A stretch of 54,681 bases of DNA from Planctomycetota bacterium (GCA_027001995.1 JALTLO010000078.1:1-54681); one strand, 5' to 3'; counted from the first letter of the stretch, positions 19,096 to 29,170 are shown. The notes: generated by a model from the letters alone, not told the origin. Numbers and translations: made by a program.

Positions 19096-20121
19096 TTGAA
19101 AGCGCTCAGCGAACAAATTTGCGACTATCTCATTCCCTGGAAGAACCTGGAGTGGCCATTAGATCTGGACGCCCTTTTTTCGCGGAAGATGCCCATGGTC
19201 CTGGAGATCGGCTTCGGAGATGGCTCATTCCTCATCGATATTGCAACCAGGTTTCCTGAGCGGAACTATGTCGGAATCGAATTGGCCTGGGACCCAATTC
19301 AGCGGCTCTTCAAGAAAATTGAACATTTAGGCCTGAGCAACGTCAAAGTTCTGCGGTGCGACGCTGGCCAAGCCATCACGTCCTTATTCCAAACGGACAT
19401 CTTTGAAGAAGTCTTCATCAACCATCCGGATCCTTGGCCAAAAGAAAGACACCATAGACGCCGCTTACTCCAGCGTAGTTTTCTCAAAGAGGTGGCCGCG
19501 AGTTTGATCAAGGATGGCCAGCTCACCATCGCCACAGACCACGCTGACTATGCTTCTTGGATTGCAGAAATCTTGGAATCCCAGGACGAACTGACCAATA
19601 CCCTGAAGGAAACAAGGGTGCCCACCCTCGAAGGCCGCATCATCACCCGCTACCAGCGCAAAGCTCAGGAAGAAGGAATTGGCAACCATTTCTTCGTCTG
19701 GAAGCGAGCCATGGACCAAGTCGAGAAGAAACCAACCCTAAGGAAAGAAGATATGCCCAACGTCGCACTCCGTGGAGAAGTAGACTTAGAAGCGGTTTTC
19801 GACGGCTTCGAACAACTGAATTTTCAAGAGCGCAATCAGAACATTGAGGTTCTGATCAACTTAGTCCGAGCCTTCAAACAGCATGGTGAGCCCCATTTTT
19901 TGGTGGAGACTATGATCAAAGAAGGACGCCTCAACCAACAAGTGGGTATCAACGTCCTAAAATTAGAAGACGGAAAAATCACGGTAAAGACCTCGGCCAT
20001 CGGATTCCCCCGGGCCACTTGGGGTATGAAGCGGGCCATTTGGCATGTCGCACGCTTTGTCCTCAGCCGAGCGCCTCAACTCAAGATCGTCAACAGCACT
20101 GTGGGCGATCTTATCGATTAG
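19096..20121 (+). CDS. trmB: tRNA (guanine-N7)-methyltransferase with C-terminal extension
   Basis: LEIGFGDG, GIE, HPDPWPKERHHRRRL, ATDHADY, TRYQRKA. TTG at 19096 follows GGAG; 19069 is an alternative start. Confidence 0.92.
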   Translation: MKALSEQICDYLIPWKNLEWPLDLDALFSRKMPMVLEIGFGDGSFLIDIATRFPERNYVGIELAWDPIQRLFKKIEHLGLSNVKVLRCDAGQAITSLFQTDIFEEVFINHPDPWPKERHHRRRLLQRSFLKEVAASLIKDGQLTIATDHADYASWIAEILESQDELTNTLKETRVPTLEGRIITRYQRKAQEEGIGNHFFVWKRAMDQVEKKPTLRKEDMPNVALRGEVDLEAVFDGFEQLNFQERNQNIEVLINLVRAFKQHGEPHFLVETMIKEGRLNQQVGINVLKLEDGKITVKTSAIGFPRATWGMKRAIWHVARFVLSRAPQLKIVNSTVGDLID

Positions 20122-20400
20122 CATGGTTTTCTCTTCTTGAGGACAAAATTGTCCACAGAGAGTCAGGAAGCTTGTAAATGGACGCCCCAACCTCCTCTGC
20201 CCCAAAACCGACATCTCCCCCTCAGAGACCTGCCCCAAATGGGTCACACGCACGGTTGGAGGCTTCCACCCCATAGCCACCTAAGAGGTTTGTGGCAAAC
20301 CATTTACAGAATTCCCACTAGTAACTCAGCGTTTGGTCACTCCTTTGCGTATGGGTAGCTGTTGCAGATCTTGTTCTTTGACTTGTGAATACGATGGAAT

Positions 20401-20642
20401 CCCTTGGAGTGACGGTCAAATCTTTGACTCCCCCAAGGCCACATCCATCACTCCAGCAGTCGGCCCCTTCATTGAATCCACATTCAAACCCACCGAAGCA
20501 GTCCCACCTTGATAGGTAGCGAGAATCGAAAAAAAAATTACTGACGCGGAGCACTCACAAGACACGTTTCCTGCCACCTGCGAGGCAGAAGACAAAGAGA
20601 ATACGAGCTGAGAAAGCCCCGGGGACACCCGGGGCTTCTTTA
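20401..20642 (+). ncRNA. Candidate structured small RNA
   Basis: No credible ORF. Several hairpins (CCTTGG/CCAAGG enclosing GTCAAA/TTTGAC; TTGAAT/ATTCAA; CTGCC/GGCAG) end in a strong terminator. 5' end uncertain. Confidence 0.35.
20614..20641 (+). terminator. Rho-independent terminator
   Basis: AAGCCCCGGG-gaca-CCCGGGGCTT followed by CTTT. Confidence 0.8.
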
Positions 20643-20816
20643 TGCCCAGGCAGAATAGAAATCCTGAAATTTGGCTCTCTTCTTGCATAACACCCCCATA
20701 GAGTTGGTTTGCGAAGAAGCTTTCGAGCCCAGAGCCCGAAATCGTGACGAATAGCCCTCGGCGCCTGTTCGATACCGCTCTGAGCGGATCTTTTGTTTAC
20801 AGGAGGAAATCTGGGC

Positions 20817-22532
20817 ATGAGAAAATTCAAGACCAGACTCGCACAATTCGTCTTCATGCTGTTCTTCATTTGTACCCTGGGCCAAGAGCATGCACTGGCT
20901 CATGGAGGACAATACAATCGGCCATCCGGGGGAAGCGGCGTCCCCGGCCCAGGACCTGGAAACCCACGAAGTGGTGGCGTAACACCCAGCCGCGACCCCT
21001 CCTGGCTCAATTGGTGGGACCGAAATCGAGAAGATTACTATGATGTCCGCAAAATTCGATTGGAAAAATCTGGCCCCAACGAAGGTGGCAATGGGAAATA
21101 CGCAAAGAGTGCTGCGGATCATCAAGGTGCAACGAAAGATGATACGCGCAACATGATCGTTCCAACGCTCTTAGGAGCTGCCAACGACAAGAGTCCCGAT
21201 GTGCGGGATGCCACAGGAATTGCTTTGGGGCGTGCAGGTGAAATCCCTGTTGTGGCGACGCTGAAGAAACTTCTCGGCGACAACAATCGCCGTGTCCGCC
21301 AAGGGGCAATCTTGGGTCTTGGACTTCTTAGGCACCCCATGGCCCAACATGTCTTGGGCGAGCTCTTAATGGCCTCCGATACGGCGTTCAAAGAACGTGG
21401 GATGGCAGCTATTGCTCTTGGCTTAGGAGGAGGCGACAAAGCAGAAGAGAAATTACTCAGAAAAATTGGCAGCCGCCAACCATTCGGTCGCTTATCGTCG
21501 ATCAAGACGAGACAAGTCGATGGATGTCGTGCTTTAGGGCTTGGACTCTTAGGCCGAAGCGAAAATGCATCAGCCCTGATAGCCGCCCTCAAGAAAAATA
21601 AGAGCAAGGACAAGAGTTTTGCGGCCATGGCCCTTGTGGGATTGGCGAAATTGGGAGATCCCTTATCCGCAGCCGCTGGCCTCCAAGGGCTAAAAGCCAA
21701 AGACAACGATACCCGAAGAGGAGCCGCCATTCTCCTGGGTCGAACTGTCAATGAGAAAAACAAGAAGACCGTCAAAACCCTTCTGAAGCATTGGAAGAAG
21801 GAAAGAGATGCCCATGCCCGCTACTTCTTGTCCATCTCATTAGGACGAATCGGCGGCGATGAAATCTTGGCCGCCCTGAACAAGAATTTGCTGCGCAACA
21901 AGAATCGCGAAGATCGGGCATTTTCAGCCCTAGCCTTGGGGATTGCCCACGACTACAGCGCCGCGCCTATTCTCGAAAAAATTCTCGCCAAAGAGCGTGA
22001 CGTTTCCCTTCGAAGCGCCATGGCTATTTCATTGGCCATCATGGACCACAAAAATTCTGCACCGTTGATCTTCAAGACCTTAAAGGAAACCAAAAATTAC
22101 GACTTAAGAGCATCCTTGATTACTGCACTGGCGATGCTCGATTTCAAAGAAGCGTTGCCTGAGATCCGCAAGATTCTGGGACGGGCCAGAAACGAACGTT
22201 TGGTCAGGTCATGCGGATTTGCCATGGCCGCCATGTACGACGCCGATTCACTCAAACAAATGCTCGCAACTCTCAGAAACTCCGGCAGCATTCAGGTGAA
22301 GGGAGGCATGGCTTCGGCATTGGGACGAACGGGAGATCGACGGGTGATCGAACCCCTGGTCAAGTTGATTAAGACCAAGGCAGAAACCGATTTGACCAGA
22401 GCATTCGCCATCGTGGCCTTGGGGCTCGTTGGCGACAAATCTGACAAGAGTGAATTCTCAAGAGTCTCAATCGACTCCAACTACGCTATGGTCAATGCAC
22501 AAGCCTTCCTGGAGGTGATCGACATCTTTTGA
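20817..22532 (+). CDS. Secreted HEAT-repeat protein
   Basis: AGGAGG RBS. Signal peptide ending ALA-HGGQY, a Gly/Pro linker, a WLNWWDRN motif, then many R..AA.ALG HEAT repeats. Confidence 0.85.
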   Translation: MRKFKTRLAQFVFMLFFICTLGQEHALAHGGQYNRPSGGSGVPGPGPGNPRSGGVTPSRDPSWLNWWDRNREDYYDVRKIRLEKSGPNEGGNGKYAKSAADHQGATKDDTRNMIVPTLLGAANDKSPDVRDATGIALGRAGEIPVVATLKKLLGDNNRRVRQGAILGLGLLRHPMAQHVLGELLMASDTAFKERGMAAIALGLGGGDKAEEKLLRKIGSRQPFGRLSSIKTRQVDGCRALGLGLLGRSENASALIAALKKNKSKDKSFAAMALVGLAKLGDPLSAAAGLQGLKAKDNDTRRGAAILLGRTVNEKNKKTVKTLLKHWKKERDAHARYFLSISLGRIGGDEILAALNKNLLRNKNREDRAFSALALGIAHDYSAAPILEKILAKERDVSLRSAMAISLAIMDHKNSAPLIFKTLKETKNYDLRASLITALAMLDFKEALPEIRKILGRARNERLVRSCGFAMAAMYDADSLKQMLATLRNSGSIQVKGGMASALGRTGDRRVIEPLVKLIKTKAETDLTRAFAIVALGLVGDKSDKSEFSRVSIDSNYAMVNAQAFLEVIDIF

Positions 22533-22720
22533 ATGGTCTTCTTCGACCGAGCCCCCAGCAACAAAGCCTGGGACATGGCAGGTGGGTTCTTTTCCGGCAT
22601 CAACAATTTCCTTGGAGAGAATCGGAAGAGAATCGCCAGCTTTTCGTCGAAGAGTCATCCCTGCTCCGGTATAGTACCAGCGCCCGAACACCGAAGAACC
22701 CTGATGAGAGATGCGGCGCG

Positions 22721-24196
22721 ATGTTGAGACAACTAAGTTTTCTGATTCTGGCTTTGACCTTCTGCCTGACACTTTCTGCTCAGACCTTTGAAGAAACCGA
22801 ATACGTCGTAGTTGATCGGGGCACTCAGATGAACGGCAGCGATGGGGAGCTAAGGCTCTACACTCACTCTGGTGGACTTTTGAGCACCCTCACTTCTGCT
22901 GGTTCAGGGCAATTCCGCGGTGCTGCATTCGCCAATAACGGCGATCTTTATGTAGCTCGGGGCGACGATATATTGCGCTACACCGGTTCAGCTTTGACTC
23001 CAGATGCCATGCCATTTTTTGCTGGTACCAAAGCTCAAGACATACTGATCAATCCTGCTGACGATCACATTTGGTGTAGCTTTGGCAACAACTCTGGCAG
23101 TTCGATGATTATGGAGTTTGACGACACGGGCACCATGTTGCAGTTGATCACCGATCCTCTTCTGGTTCATCCCCGTTCCATCGCCATCAACTTCGCTGGG
23201 GACACCATTTTTGTTGCGAATCAAGCGGGGGGCAACGTTCTGGCCCTCGATGTCGCCACCGGTATCCTTGTTGAGCATGTGAATATCGCGGCTTCCATCA
23301 GTAGCTTCGGCCCCATTGGCGTCACCGTGCCCCGGGACCAAAGTAACCTCATCTATGTGGTCAGCGATTATGGTTCAGGGCCAACTCAGATTGTCGAAGT
23401 GGCCGGCGCAAGCGGCAGCACAACAACCACCCTCTTCCTCGACTTCGGATCATTGACGGACATGACCTCTCCCGCCGGCGTGCATGCCGACAACTATGGC
23501 AATTTGTTCTTGGCTGGACGGAGCAAGAACTCTGGAGTTCCTGGAATTTACGTATACAACCGGGCCGTCGCTCAAAGACCGGTCTTACCCTACATCGGCA
23601 GCGAGAATATAAGTCCCATCGATATCACATTTCGCAAGACTATGCTCCGTTTGACACTCACCTCCTCCGACGGCGTGAGTGTCAACACCGGCCTGCCCCG
23701 TGTACTGTCTGGGGTTCACAACACCCAGATCGTCATTGACATGGAAGCTCCGGACTACCCTGGGATGCCCTATGCCATTTTGTATTCTCTCATGACGGAC
23801 ACGGTTTGCACCGCATCTTTAGCCGAGCCCCTTCGCCCCTTAGGCGGTGGTATTCCCTTCCAGCTCCCAGACAGCCGGACTTCCCCACTCTTAGTCGATG
23901 AGTTCTTCTTCCAGTCCATTGGCCTCATCCAAGCTGGAGGGACTGGCGCCCCTGTCATCCTCAATCCAGCGGCATGCTCCGGCACAACACCTGGGTTCTT
24001 CCTCCATCCACAAGGTGTCATCACCCCAGCAGGGACGGCCCAGGCCATTTTAACTATGCCATCCTTACCCTGCTTGCCTCCTGGATTCATCGCCTACATG
24101 GCATTCAACTTAGTGGTCATTGACATGCAGACTCTTCCCACCTTGGTGGGCGCATCCACGAGCAATCTTGTGTGTTTGGCTTTGGAAAGACCCTGA
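22721..24196 (+). CDS. Secreted beta-propeller (NHL/YVTN-like) protein with a distinct C-terminal beta domain
   Basis: ATG at 22721 starts a signal peptide (MLRQLSFLILALTFCLTLSA). Blades such as GAAFANNGDLYV, PRSIAINFAGDTIFVAN and PAGVHADNYGNLFLA. Confidence 0.75.
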   Translation: MLRQLSFLILALTFCLTLSAQTFEETEYVVVDRGTQMNGSDGELRLYTHSGGLLSTLTSAGSGQFRGAAFANNGDLYVARGDDILRYTGSALTPDAMPFFAGTKAQDILINPADDHIWCSFGNNSGSSMIMEFDDTGTMLQLITDPLLVHPRSIAINFAGDTIFVANQAGGNVLALDVATGILVEHVNIAASISSFGPIGVTVPRDQSNLIYVVSDYGSGPTQIVEVAGASGSTTTTLFLDFGSLTDMTSPAGVHADNYGNLFLAGRSKNSGVPGIYVYNRAVAQRPVLPYIGSENISPIDITFRKTMLRLTLTSSDGVSVNTGLPRVLSGVHNTQIVIDMEAPDYPGMPYAILYSLMTDTVCTASLAEPLRPLGGGIPFQLPDSRTSPLLVDEFFFQSIGLIQAGGTGAPVILNPAACSGTTPGFFLHPQGVITPAGTAQAILTMPSLPCLPPGFIAYMAFNLVVIDMQTLPTLVGASTSNLVCLALERP

Positions 24197-24278
24197 TTCT
24201 CTCCCCAGGAATCAAGGTGGGCCTGAGACTAGACGAAGCAATTCATGGCCTCAGGGGCGATCACATGAATGGGTTGGG

Positions 24279-26045
24279 TTAGGGCTTCAAACTCTGAAGT
24301 GTCTGCCTGACCAAAGTTTTCATCCTTTGGCCAACACCGTCCATGTCCAGCAGAATCTTGAGGGGCTTCCGGGCCAAGGCACTCTCCTTGGTCTTTGAAA
24401 GACCCCGCATGGCGGCACCGAAGATCTCTCTGTCCCTCCATGACTTGCATCTCTCAATGACAGAAGTCAAGAATTCTGCCCGACCTGCCAAAGGACGCTC
24501 CACCCTTGCCACCAGTTGAACCACTTGCAAACGCAAGAAGTGAGAGGTTTCTTCCGAGTACATAGCCACGAGTTCATCAAGGCCCCGCTTTTCTCCAGCA
24601 TGAGCTGCCAAGAAAGCTGTGCTCAACTTCAAAGTCAGGTTCTTCTCTTTCTCGCACATGGCGGCGAAATGAGCCCCATAGCTTGCGGAAAAGCGGCTCA
24701 GGCAAAAGACCGCAGCCGTTCGCACTGAGAGAGAAGAGTCGGAACAAGCGCGGCGCAAGAATGCAGCTGCTTCTTCCCCGCGCAACACCCCCGCCAAGGC
24801 CACAAGACCCCGGCGGCGCAGAGGGATCTTCTCTGCTTTCATCATAGGCCGGATCAAACTCAAGACCTTCGAACCCGATTCACGCGCCTGCTCGTACATC
24901 TGGCGAGTCGCTGCACCTGGGTCAACCAAGTCGATAAAACCTTGCTTCACCAAACCCGAAAGCCAAGAAGAAATCTGCTCAGAAGAGATCGACCGGATTT
25001 CCCTGGCCCGATGGGAGTCAGCAGAAAAATCCGTCCAGAGCGTTTCGTCTACATCCCACTTCCGAGGGCTGCGAGGACGATTGCGTCGATGAACCAACTG
25101 AACTGAATCCGTTTCTTGCAGACGATCAAAAGCCAACAGCATGCCGTCCTTAACAGCATAGACTTGGCCTTCAGTAATTTTCTTTTCAGCGCCGATGTCG
25201 GCACAGGCGACGACGTAGCCACGGGTCACTGCCAAACGGGCGTCAATTTCATTGTCGATATCACCTTCCCCTGACGTCAAGTCAAAAGAAGCTTCCGAGC
25301 CAGAAAAATCGAGCCCCATGGTGCCAGCACGAAAACGTACATCACCTAAATCACAGGAAAGACGTCCTTCGTCCAATTCAAGAGTCAACCGCTTCGCGTC
25401 CGCAGACGGAAAAACAGCAATACGCAGTTTAGAGTTCTCGGCCAACAAGACTTGGCCACCCCCGTCGGTCAAACGAACCAACAACCGAGAATCGGCTTGC
25501 GTTCTCAAGTCAACTTGGCCGAACAACTCCGTCTTTGGAGTCACTGGGCCCCAAGGACCGTTATCAGAACGCCTCACCTCAACTTGGCCTTGAGTAAACC
25601 CCACATGGGCCTTACGAATCACAGGAGCCTCAGCCACTGTGACCTCATTCGGGCTCACTTCTGCCTTGAAGTAACCAAGCCCCACAACCGTCGTCAAAAT
25701 AGAAGCAGCCAAAGCTGAGATGCTTGACCAAAAGAATGGGCTTCGTCCCACAACCACCACAGAACTCGAGTGATGGGTGATCGGTCGTTTCTCACCACGG
25801 TCCAAAACACCCTGAGCGAAGTTCGGGTCGTCCAAGAACGGTGCGTGTGACTCTAAATCAGGAGCAACAGTGAGTAGAAGAGCCTCGGCGATAGCTTCAT
25901 CATCAGCCCAGTAGGCTGCACACTCATCACATTCCTTCAAATGAGTCTGAAAGCGGAGATTCTCCGAACCAGACAACTCCCCATCTAAGAACAACTCCAG
26001 TCGCTCTTCTGTCCAGGCGCACAAGTCTAGATCGTCATGCTTCAT
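24279..26045 (-). CDS. Anti-sigma factor: zf-HC2, transmembrane helix, FecR-like domain and C-terminal HEAT repeats
   Basis: FLDGELS...HLKECDEC (HxxxCxxC), a TM segment, FecR-like LLAENSKL...LELDEGRL; overlaps the ECF sigma stop. Confidence 0.8.
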   Translation of the reverse strand: MKHDDLDLCAWTEERLELFLDGELSGSENLRFQTHLKECDECAAYWADDEAIAEALLLTVAPDLESHAPFLDDPNFAQGVLDRGEKRPITHHSSSVVVVGRSPFFWSSISALAASILTTVVGLGYFKAEVSPNEVTVAEAPVIRKAHVGFTQGQVEVRRSDNGPWGPVTPKTELFGQVDLRTQADSRLLVRLTDGGGQVLLAENSKLRIAVFPSADAKRLTLELDEGRLSCDLGDVRFRAGTMGLDFSGSEASFDLTSGEGDIDNEIDARLAVTRGYVVACADIGAEKKITEGQVYAVKDGMLLAFDRLQETDSVQLVHRRNRPRSPRKWDVDETLWTDFSADSHRAREIRSISSEQISSWLSGLVKQGFIDLVDPGAATRQMYEQARESGSKVLSLIRPMMKAEKIPLRRRGLVALAGVLRGEEAAAFLRRACSDSSLSVRTAAVFCLSRFSASYGAHFAAMCEKEKNLTLKLSTAFLAAHAGEKRGLDELVAMYSEETSHFLRLQVVQLVARVERPLAGRAEFLTSVIERCKSWRDREIFGAAMRGLSKTKESALARKPLKILLDMDGVGQRMKTLVRQTLQSLKP

Positions 26046-26626
26046 TTGCCCTCTCCCCCCGCCTCACTCAGAAACTCCTTCAGTTTCATCTTACTTCGGT
26101 GCAAAACGATACTGACGGAGTTGGCTGAGATGCCCAATTCTTGTCCGATTTCACGACAGCTAAGGCCGTCTTTGTAGCGCATCAGCAGAACTGTTCGATA
26201 GCGTTCCGACAACTCACCCATGCCTCGAACCACTTCTTGGGCCCGTTCCTTTTGCATGGCTTCATCTGCAGGATCGGCAAAGGAACCGGTTCGCAACAAA
26301 CCGTGGTGCGCAATGCCGTGAGTTGAGAATGTGTCGTTTTCTAAGCGATGTCGGCGCAATCTTGAGATTCCAAGATTGACACCAATTCGAAACAACCAAG
26401 TCGAGAATCGAAATCCTTTGCGATACTTGCCAAGAAACTGATAGGCACGAAGAAATGTTTCCTGAGTCACGTCCTGAGCGACCTCAACGTCATTCACGAC
26501 GCCAAACACGATGTTATAAAGCGACTTCTCATAGCGCTTCACAAGCTCACCGAAGGCATCGTCATCTTGAGCAAGAGCTCGCTCAATTAAGACGGCTTCG
26601 TCCGTGGTTCCAGAGTGTTCAGTCAT
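26042..26626 (-). CDS. ECF RNA polymerase sigma factor (sigma70 family)
   Basis: AFGELVKRY, AQDVTQETFLRAY, FSTWLFRI..N, and region 4 LSCREIG..LGIS. ATG at 26626. Confidence 0.93.
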   Translation of the reverse strand: MTEHSGTTDEAVLIERALAQDDDAFGELVKRYEKSLYNIVFGVVNDVEVAQDVTQETFLRAYQFLGKYRKGFRFSTWLFRIGVNLGISRLRRHRLENDTFSTHGIAHHGLLRTGSFADPADEAMQKERAQEVVRGMGELSERYRTVLLMRYKDGLSCREIGQELGISANSVSIVLHRSKMKLKEFLSEAGGEGK

Positions 26627-26706
26627 GGGTCCAAGTCTGCCCTTAGGCTTCAAGATCATCAGTCTCAAGCTATTCTACGCTTGATAAAGAAAGAGCTTTC
26701 TCAAAA

Positions 26707-27375
26707 TCACAAAGACGCTAAGTGCTTTATTTTATCGAACTTAGCAACAAGGGTAATATCGTCGCCAGCGTTCAAGACGGTGTTCGCCCCCGGAGGCATA
26801 ATCACGGGGTCTTCGTTTGCCCCAGGATTGGCCCGTGTCACCCGGATAACGATGGCACCTGCCTCAGACAAAGTGGGATGCAAATCCCGCAGGCTTTGGC
26901 CATCAAAAGCGGCAGGCACCTTGATGGTGGCCAATTGGACGTCGCCTCCCATATCGTGGATTTCAGAGGCCATGGGATGAGTCAGGCTTTGGGCGATTCG
27001 GATGGCACTTTGCTCTTCTGGGCTAATGACTTTATTGGCCCCGATCATGAGCAAGATGCGTCGTCGGTCTTCCGTTTGAGCCCGAGCGATGATGCTTTTC
27101 GCACCCAGCTCCTTTAACGCCAAGACCGTCTCTTGGGCTGCTTGGAAGTTTTCCCCAATGGCAACCACCACGACGTCCGACTCGTGAACACCATTCCTTT
27201 TGAGTTGACTCTTGTCGCGGGAATCAAATTGCAAAAGTTGTATGTCGGATGCTTGAAGATCTTCGATCTCATCAGGATTGACGTCAATCGCTTGAACTTC
27301 AATCCCTTCGTCCCGTAGAGAGTATGCCAAGGCTGTGCCGAACCGTCCGAGACCGATCACTGCTATGCTTTTCAT
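26707..27375 (-). CDS. trkA: Ktr/Trk potassium uptake regulatory subunit (RCK_N + RCK_C), KtrA-like
   Basis: IAVIGLGRFG, DVVVVAIGE, IIARA...IGANKVISPE. Confidence 0.9.
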   Translation of the reverse strand: MKSIAVIGLGRFGTALAYSLRDEGIEVQAIDVNPDEIEDLQASDIQLLQFDSRDKSQLKRNGVHESDVVVVAIGENFQAAQETVLALKELGAKSIIARAQTEDRRRILLMIGANKVISPEEQSAIRIAQSLTHPMASEIHDMGGDVQLATIKVPAAFDGQSLRDLHPTLSEAGAIVIRVTRANPGANEDPVIMPPGANTVLNAGDDITLVAKFDKIKHLASL

Positions 27376-27398
27376 GATACTTCCTCTTTGGCTTAGCC

Positions 27399-29168
27399 TT
27401 AGCCAATCATCACCCGTTCTTCAGGATAATTGATGCCAACTCGCTTGTTGCTTCTTCCAAGGACAAGCACCAACGTCAGGGGACCAAGACGGCCAACAAA
27501 CATCAAAACAACAACCACCAGTTTGCCAAAGTCACTGAAGCCCTCGGCACCGGAAACACCACAAGAAAAACCGACGGTGGCCACCGCTGACACGGCTTCG
27601 AACAAAAGCTCATTCAAGGCAAAGCGACCACCTTCACTGATAAGCAAGGCCAAAACGGCCAAGCACAGTACACAACCGTAAAGTAAGGCAACCGTAGCCG
27701 CTTGCCGCAATTGATCGTCCGGGATGCGCCGCCCCAAAGCTTCAGCATGCTTACGGCGGCGCATCTGAGCCACCACACCAAGAAATAGAACAACGAATGT
27801 GATAGTTTTAAGCCCACCCCCCGTTGATCCTGGGGACGCGCCAATCCACATGATTGGCATCATGAAGAAGCGGGTGGCTTGACCCAGCCCCTCTTCACCG
27901 CTGAAGGGCACAGTGGCAAATCCGGCGGTTCGGGTGGAAACCGATTGGAACATGGCGGTCAAGAATGCTTCCGGCCCAGACATGCCAGCCAAGACACCAT
28001 GGCGCTCAAGTAAATAGATACCCAAGGTGCCAATCGCCACCAAGGTCAAGCTGGTGTAGAGCACAAGACGTGTATGCAAAGTGAGGGGCTTTCTTTCACG
28101 CTTTTTGAACCTAGATCGCAGTTGAGCCCGAAGTTCGCGCAGCACGGTGAATCCCAGACCACCGGCGGTGATAAGAATCATGGCGATCACGTTAAAAATT
28201 GGGTCTAGGGTGAAGTCGCCAAAACTATCTGAACGCAGAGCGAAACCAGCATTGCAGAACGCTGAAATCGAATGAAAAATGCTCGAGAAAATCGGATAGG
28301 TGTCACCAGAGAACCAAAAGTAAAACCCGATGGCTCCGAACACTTCGAAGGCCAAGGTAAAGCCCAAAATAGCCGCAAGGAGACGAGCAACACTGTTTTG
28401 CCCATCCACATTGAGACTTTCGGAAACCATAGCTCGCCCAGACAGCCCCAGACGATGACCGCTAGTAAGAAGGAGAAAAGTCCCCAACGTCATGATGCCT
28501 AAGCCACCGATTTGAATCAAAAAAAGGACTATCGATTGGCCAAACAAGCTCAAAGTCGAACTGGTTGAAACGGTCTCCAAGCCGGTGACACAGGTGGCGC
28601 TGGTGGCGGTAAACAGAGCATCAACGAAACTCAAGTTTTGGTCGCCCTGAGTGGCATTGGGGGCCACTGAAAGAAAGAGCGATCCGATGAGAATCATGAG
28701 AGAAAAGCTGGCACCCAGAGCGAGAGCTGGCCGACCTTGAAATTTCTTGCTGCCCAAAAGAAGCAAAGCCCCCCGATGCAAGGCCAGAAACAAGATGCCA
28801 ATGGCGGCTACGGCTTCAGCCCCCGTCCACCCACTCTTCACCAAAGCTAAGAACGAGGCCAGCAAGAAAGACCCGAGAAACAAAGTCGAGCCCTTCCAAT
28901 CTTGCACAAAGCGCCACTTGGAGGGATGCCGCTTCATGCTGTTGAGATAGGCAACAATAGGGACCAGGGCCGTGCCCCAAATCAGTAAGTCGAGAATGAG
29001 CTGAACAGCCGGGCTAAGATCAAATCCACCAAATCGAGCCAACACAACAAAAGGCGAAAATGGGAGTAAGCAGGCCCCTAAGATCCCAGGTCTTGTCGCC
29101 CTATGCCCAGGATCCGGGCCACCAAAAAGCCGGACGACTGTGGTCCGATTCGCATCGTCAATCGCCAT
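27399..29168 (-). CDS. trkH: Ktr/Trk potassium uptake membrane subunit, KtrB-like with extra N-terminal TM segments
   Basis: FTATSATCVTGL, IQIGGLG, SISAFCNAGF, RTAGF, GASPGSTGGG.K, MFVGRLGPLT, YPEERVMIG. Confidence 0.92.
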   Translation of the reverse strand: MAIDDANRTTVVRLFGGPDPGHRATRPGILGACLLPFSPFVVLARFGGFDLSPAVQLILDLLIWGTALVPIVAYLNSMKRHPSKWRFVQDWKGSTLFLGSFLLASFLALVKSGWTGAEAVAAIGILFLALHRGALLLLGSKKFQGRPALALGASFSLMILIGSLFLSVAPNATQGDQNLSFVDALFTATSATCVTGLETVSTSSTLSLFGQSIVLFLIQIGGLGIMTLGTFLLLTSGHRLGLSGRAMVSESLNVDGQNSVARLLAAILGFTLAFEVFGAIGFYFWFSGDTYPIFSSIFHSISAFCNAGFALRSDSFGDFTLDPIFNVIAMILITAGGLGFTVLRELRAQLRSRFKKRERKPLTLHTRLVLYTSLTLVAIGTLGIYLLERHGVLAGMSGPEAFLTAMFQSVSTRTAGFATVPFSGEEGLGQATRFFMMPIMWIGASPGSTGGGLKTITFVVLFLGVVAQMRRRKHAEALGRRIPDDQLRQAATVALLYGCVLCLAVLALLISEGGRFALNELLFEAVSAVATVGFSCGVSGAEGFSDFGKLVVVVLMFVGRLGPLTLVLVLGRSNKRVGINYPEERVMIG

Positions 29169-29170
29169 TA

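Noticed and set aside
20395..20520. 41-codon ORF MESLGVTVKS... in the trmB gap
   Set aside because: No RBS, low-complexity Pro/Ser content, and it coincides with hairpins.
22529..22720. N-terminal extensions in the ORF track (also 3120, 30799, 33399, 39152, 50298)
   Set aside because: Downstream starts fit signal peptides, RBS or family N-termini better.
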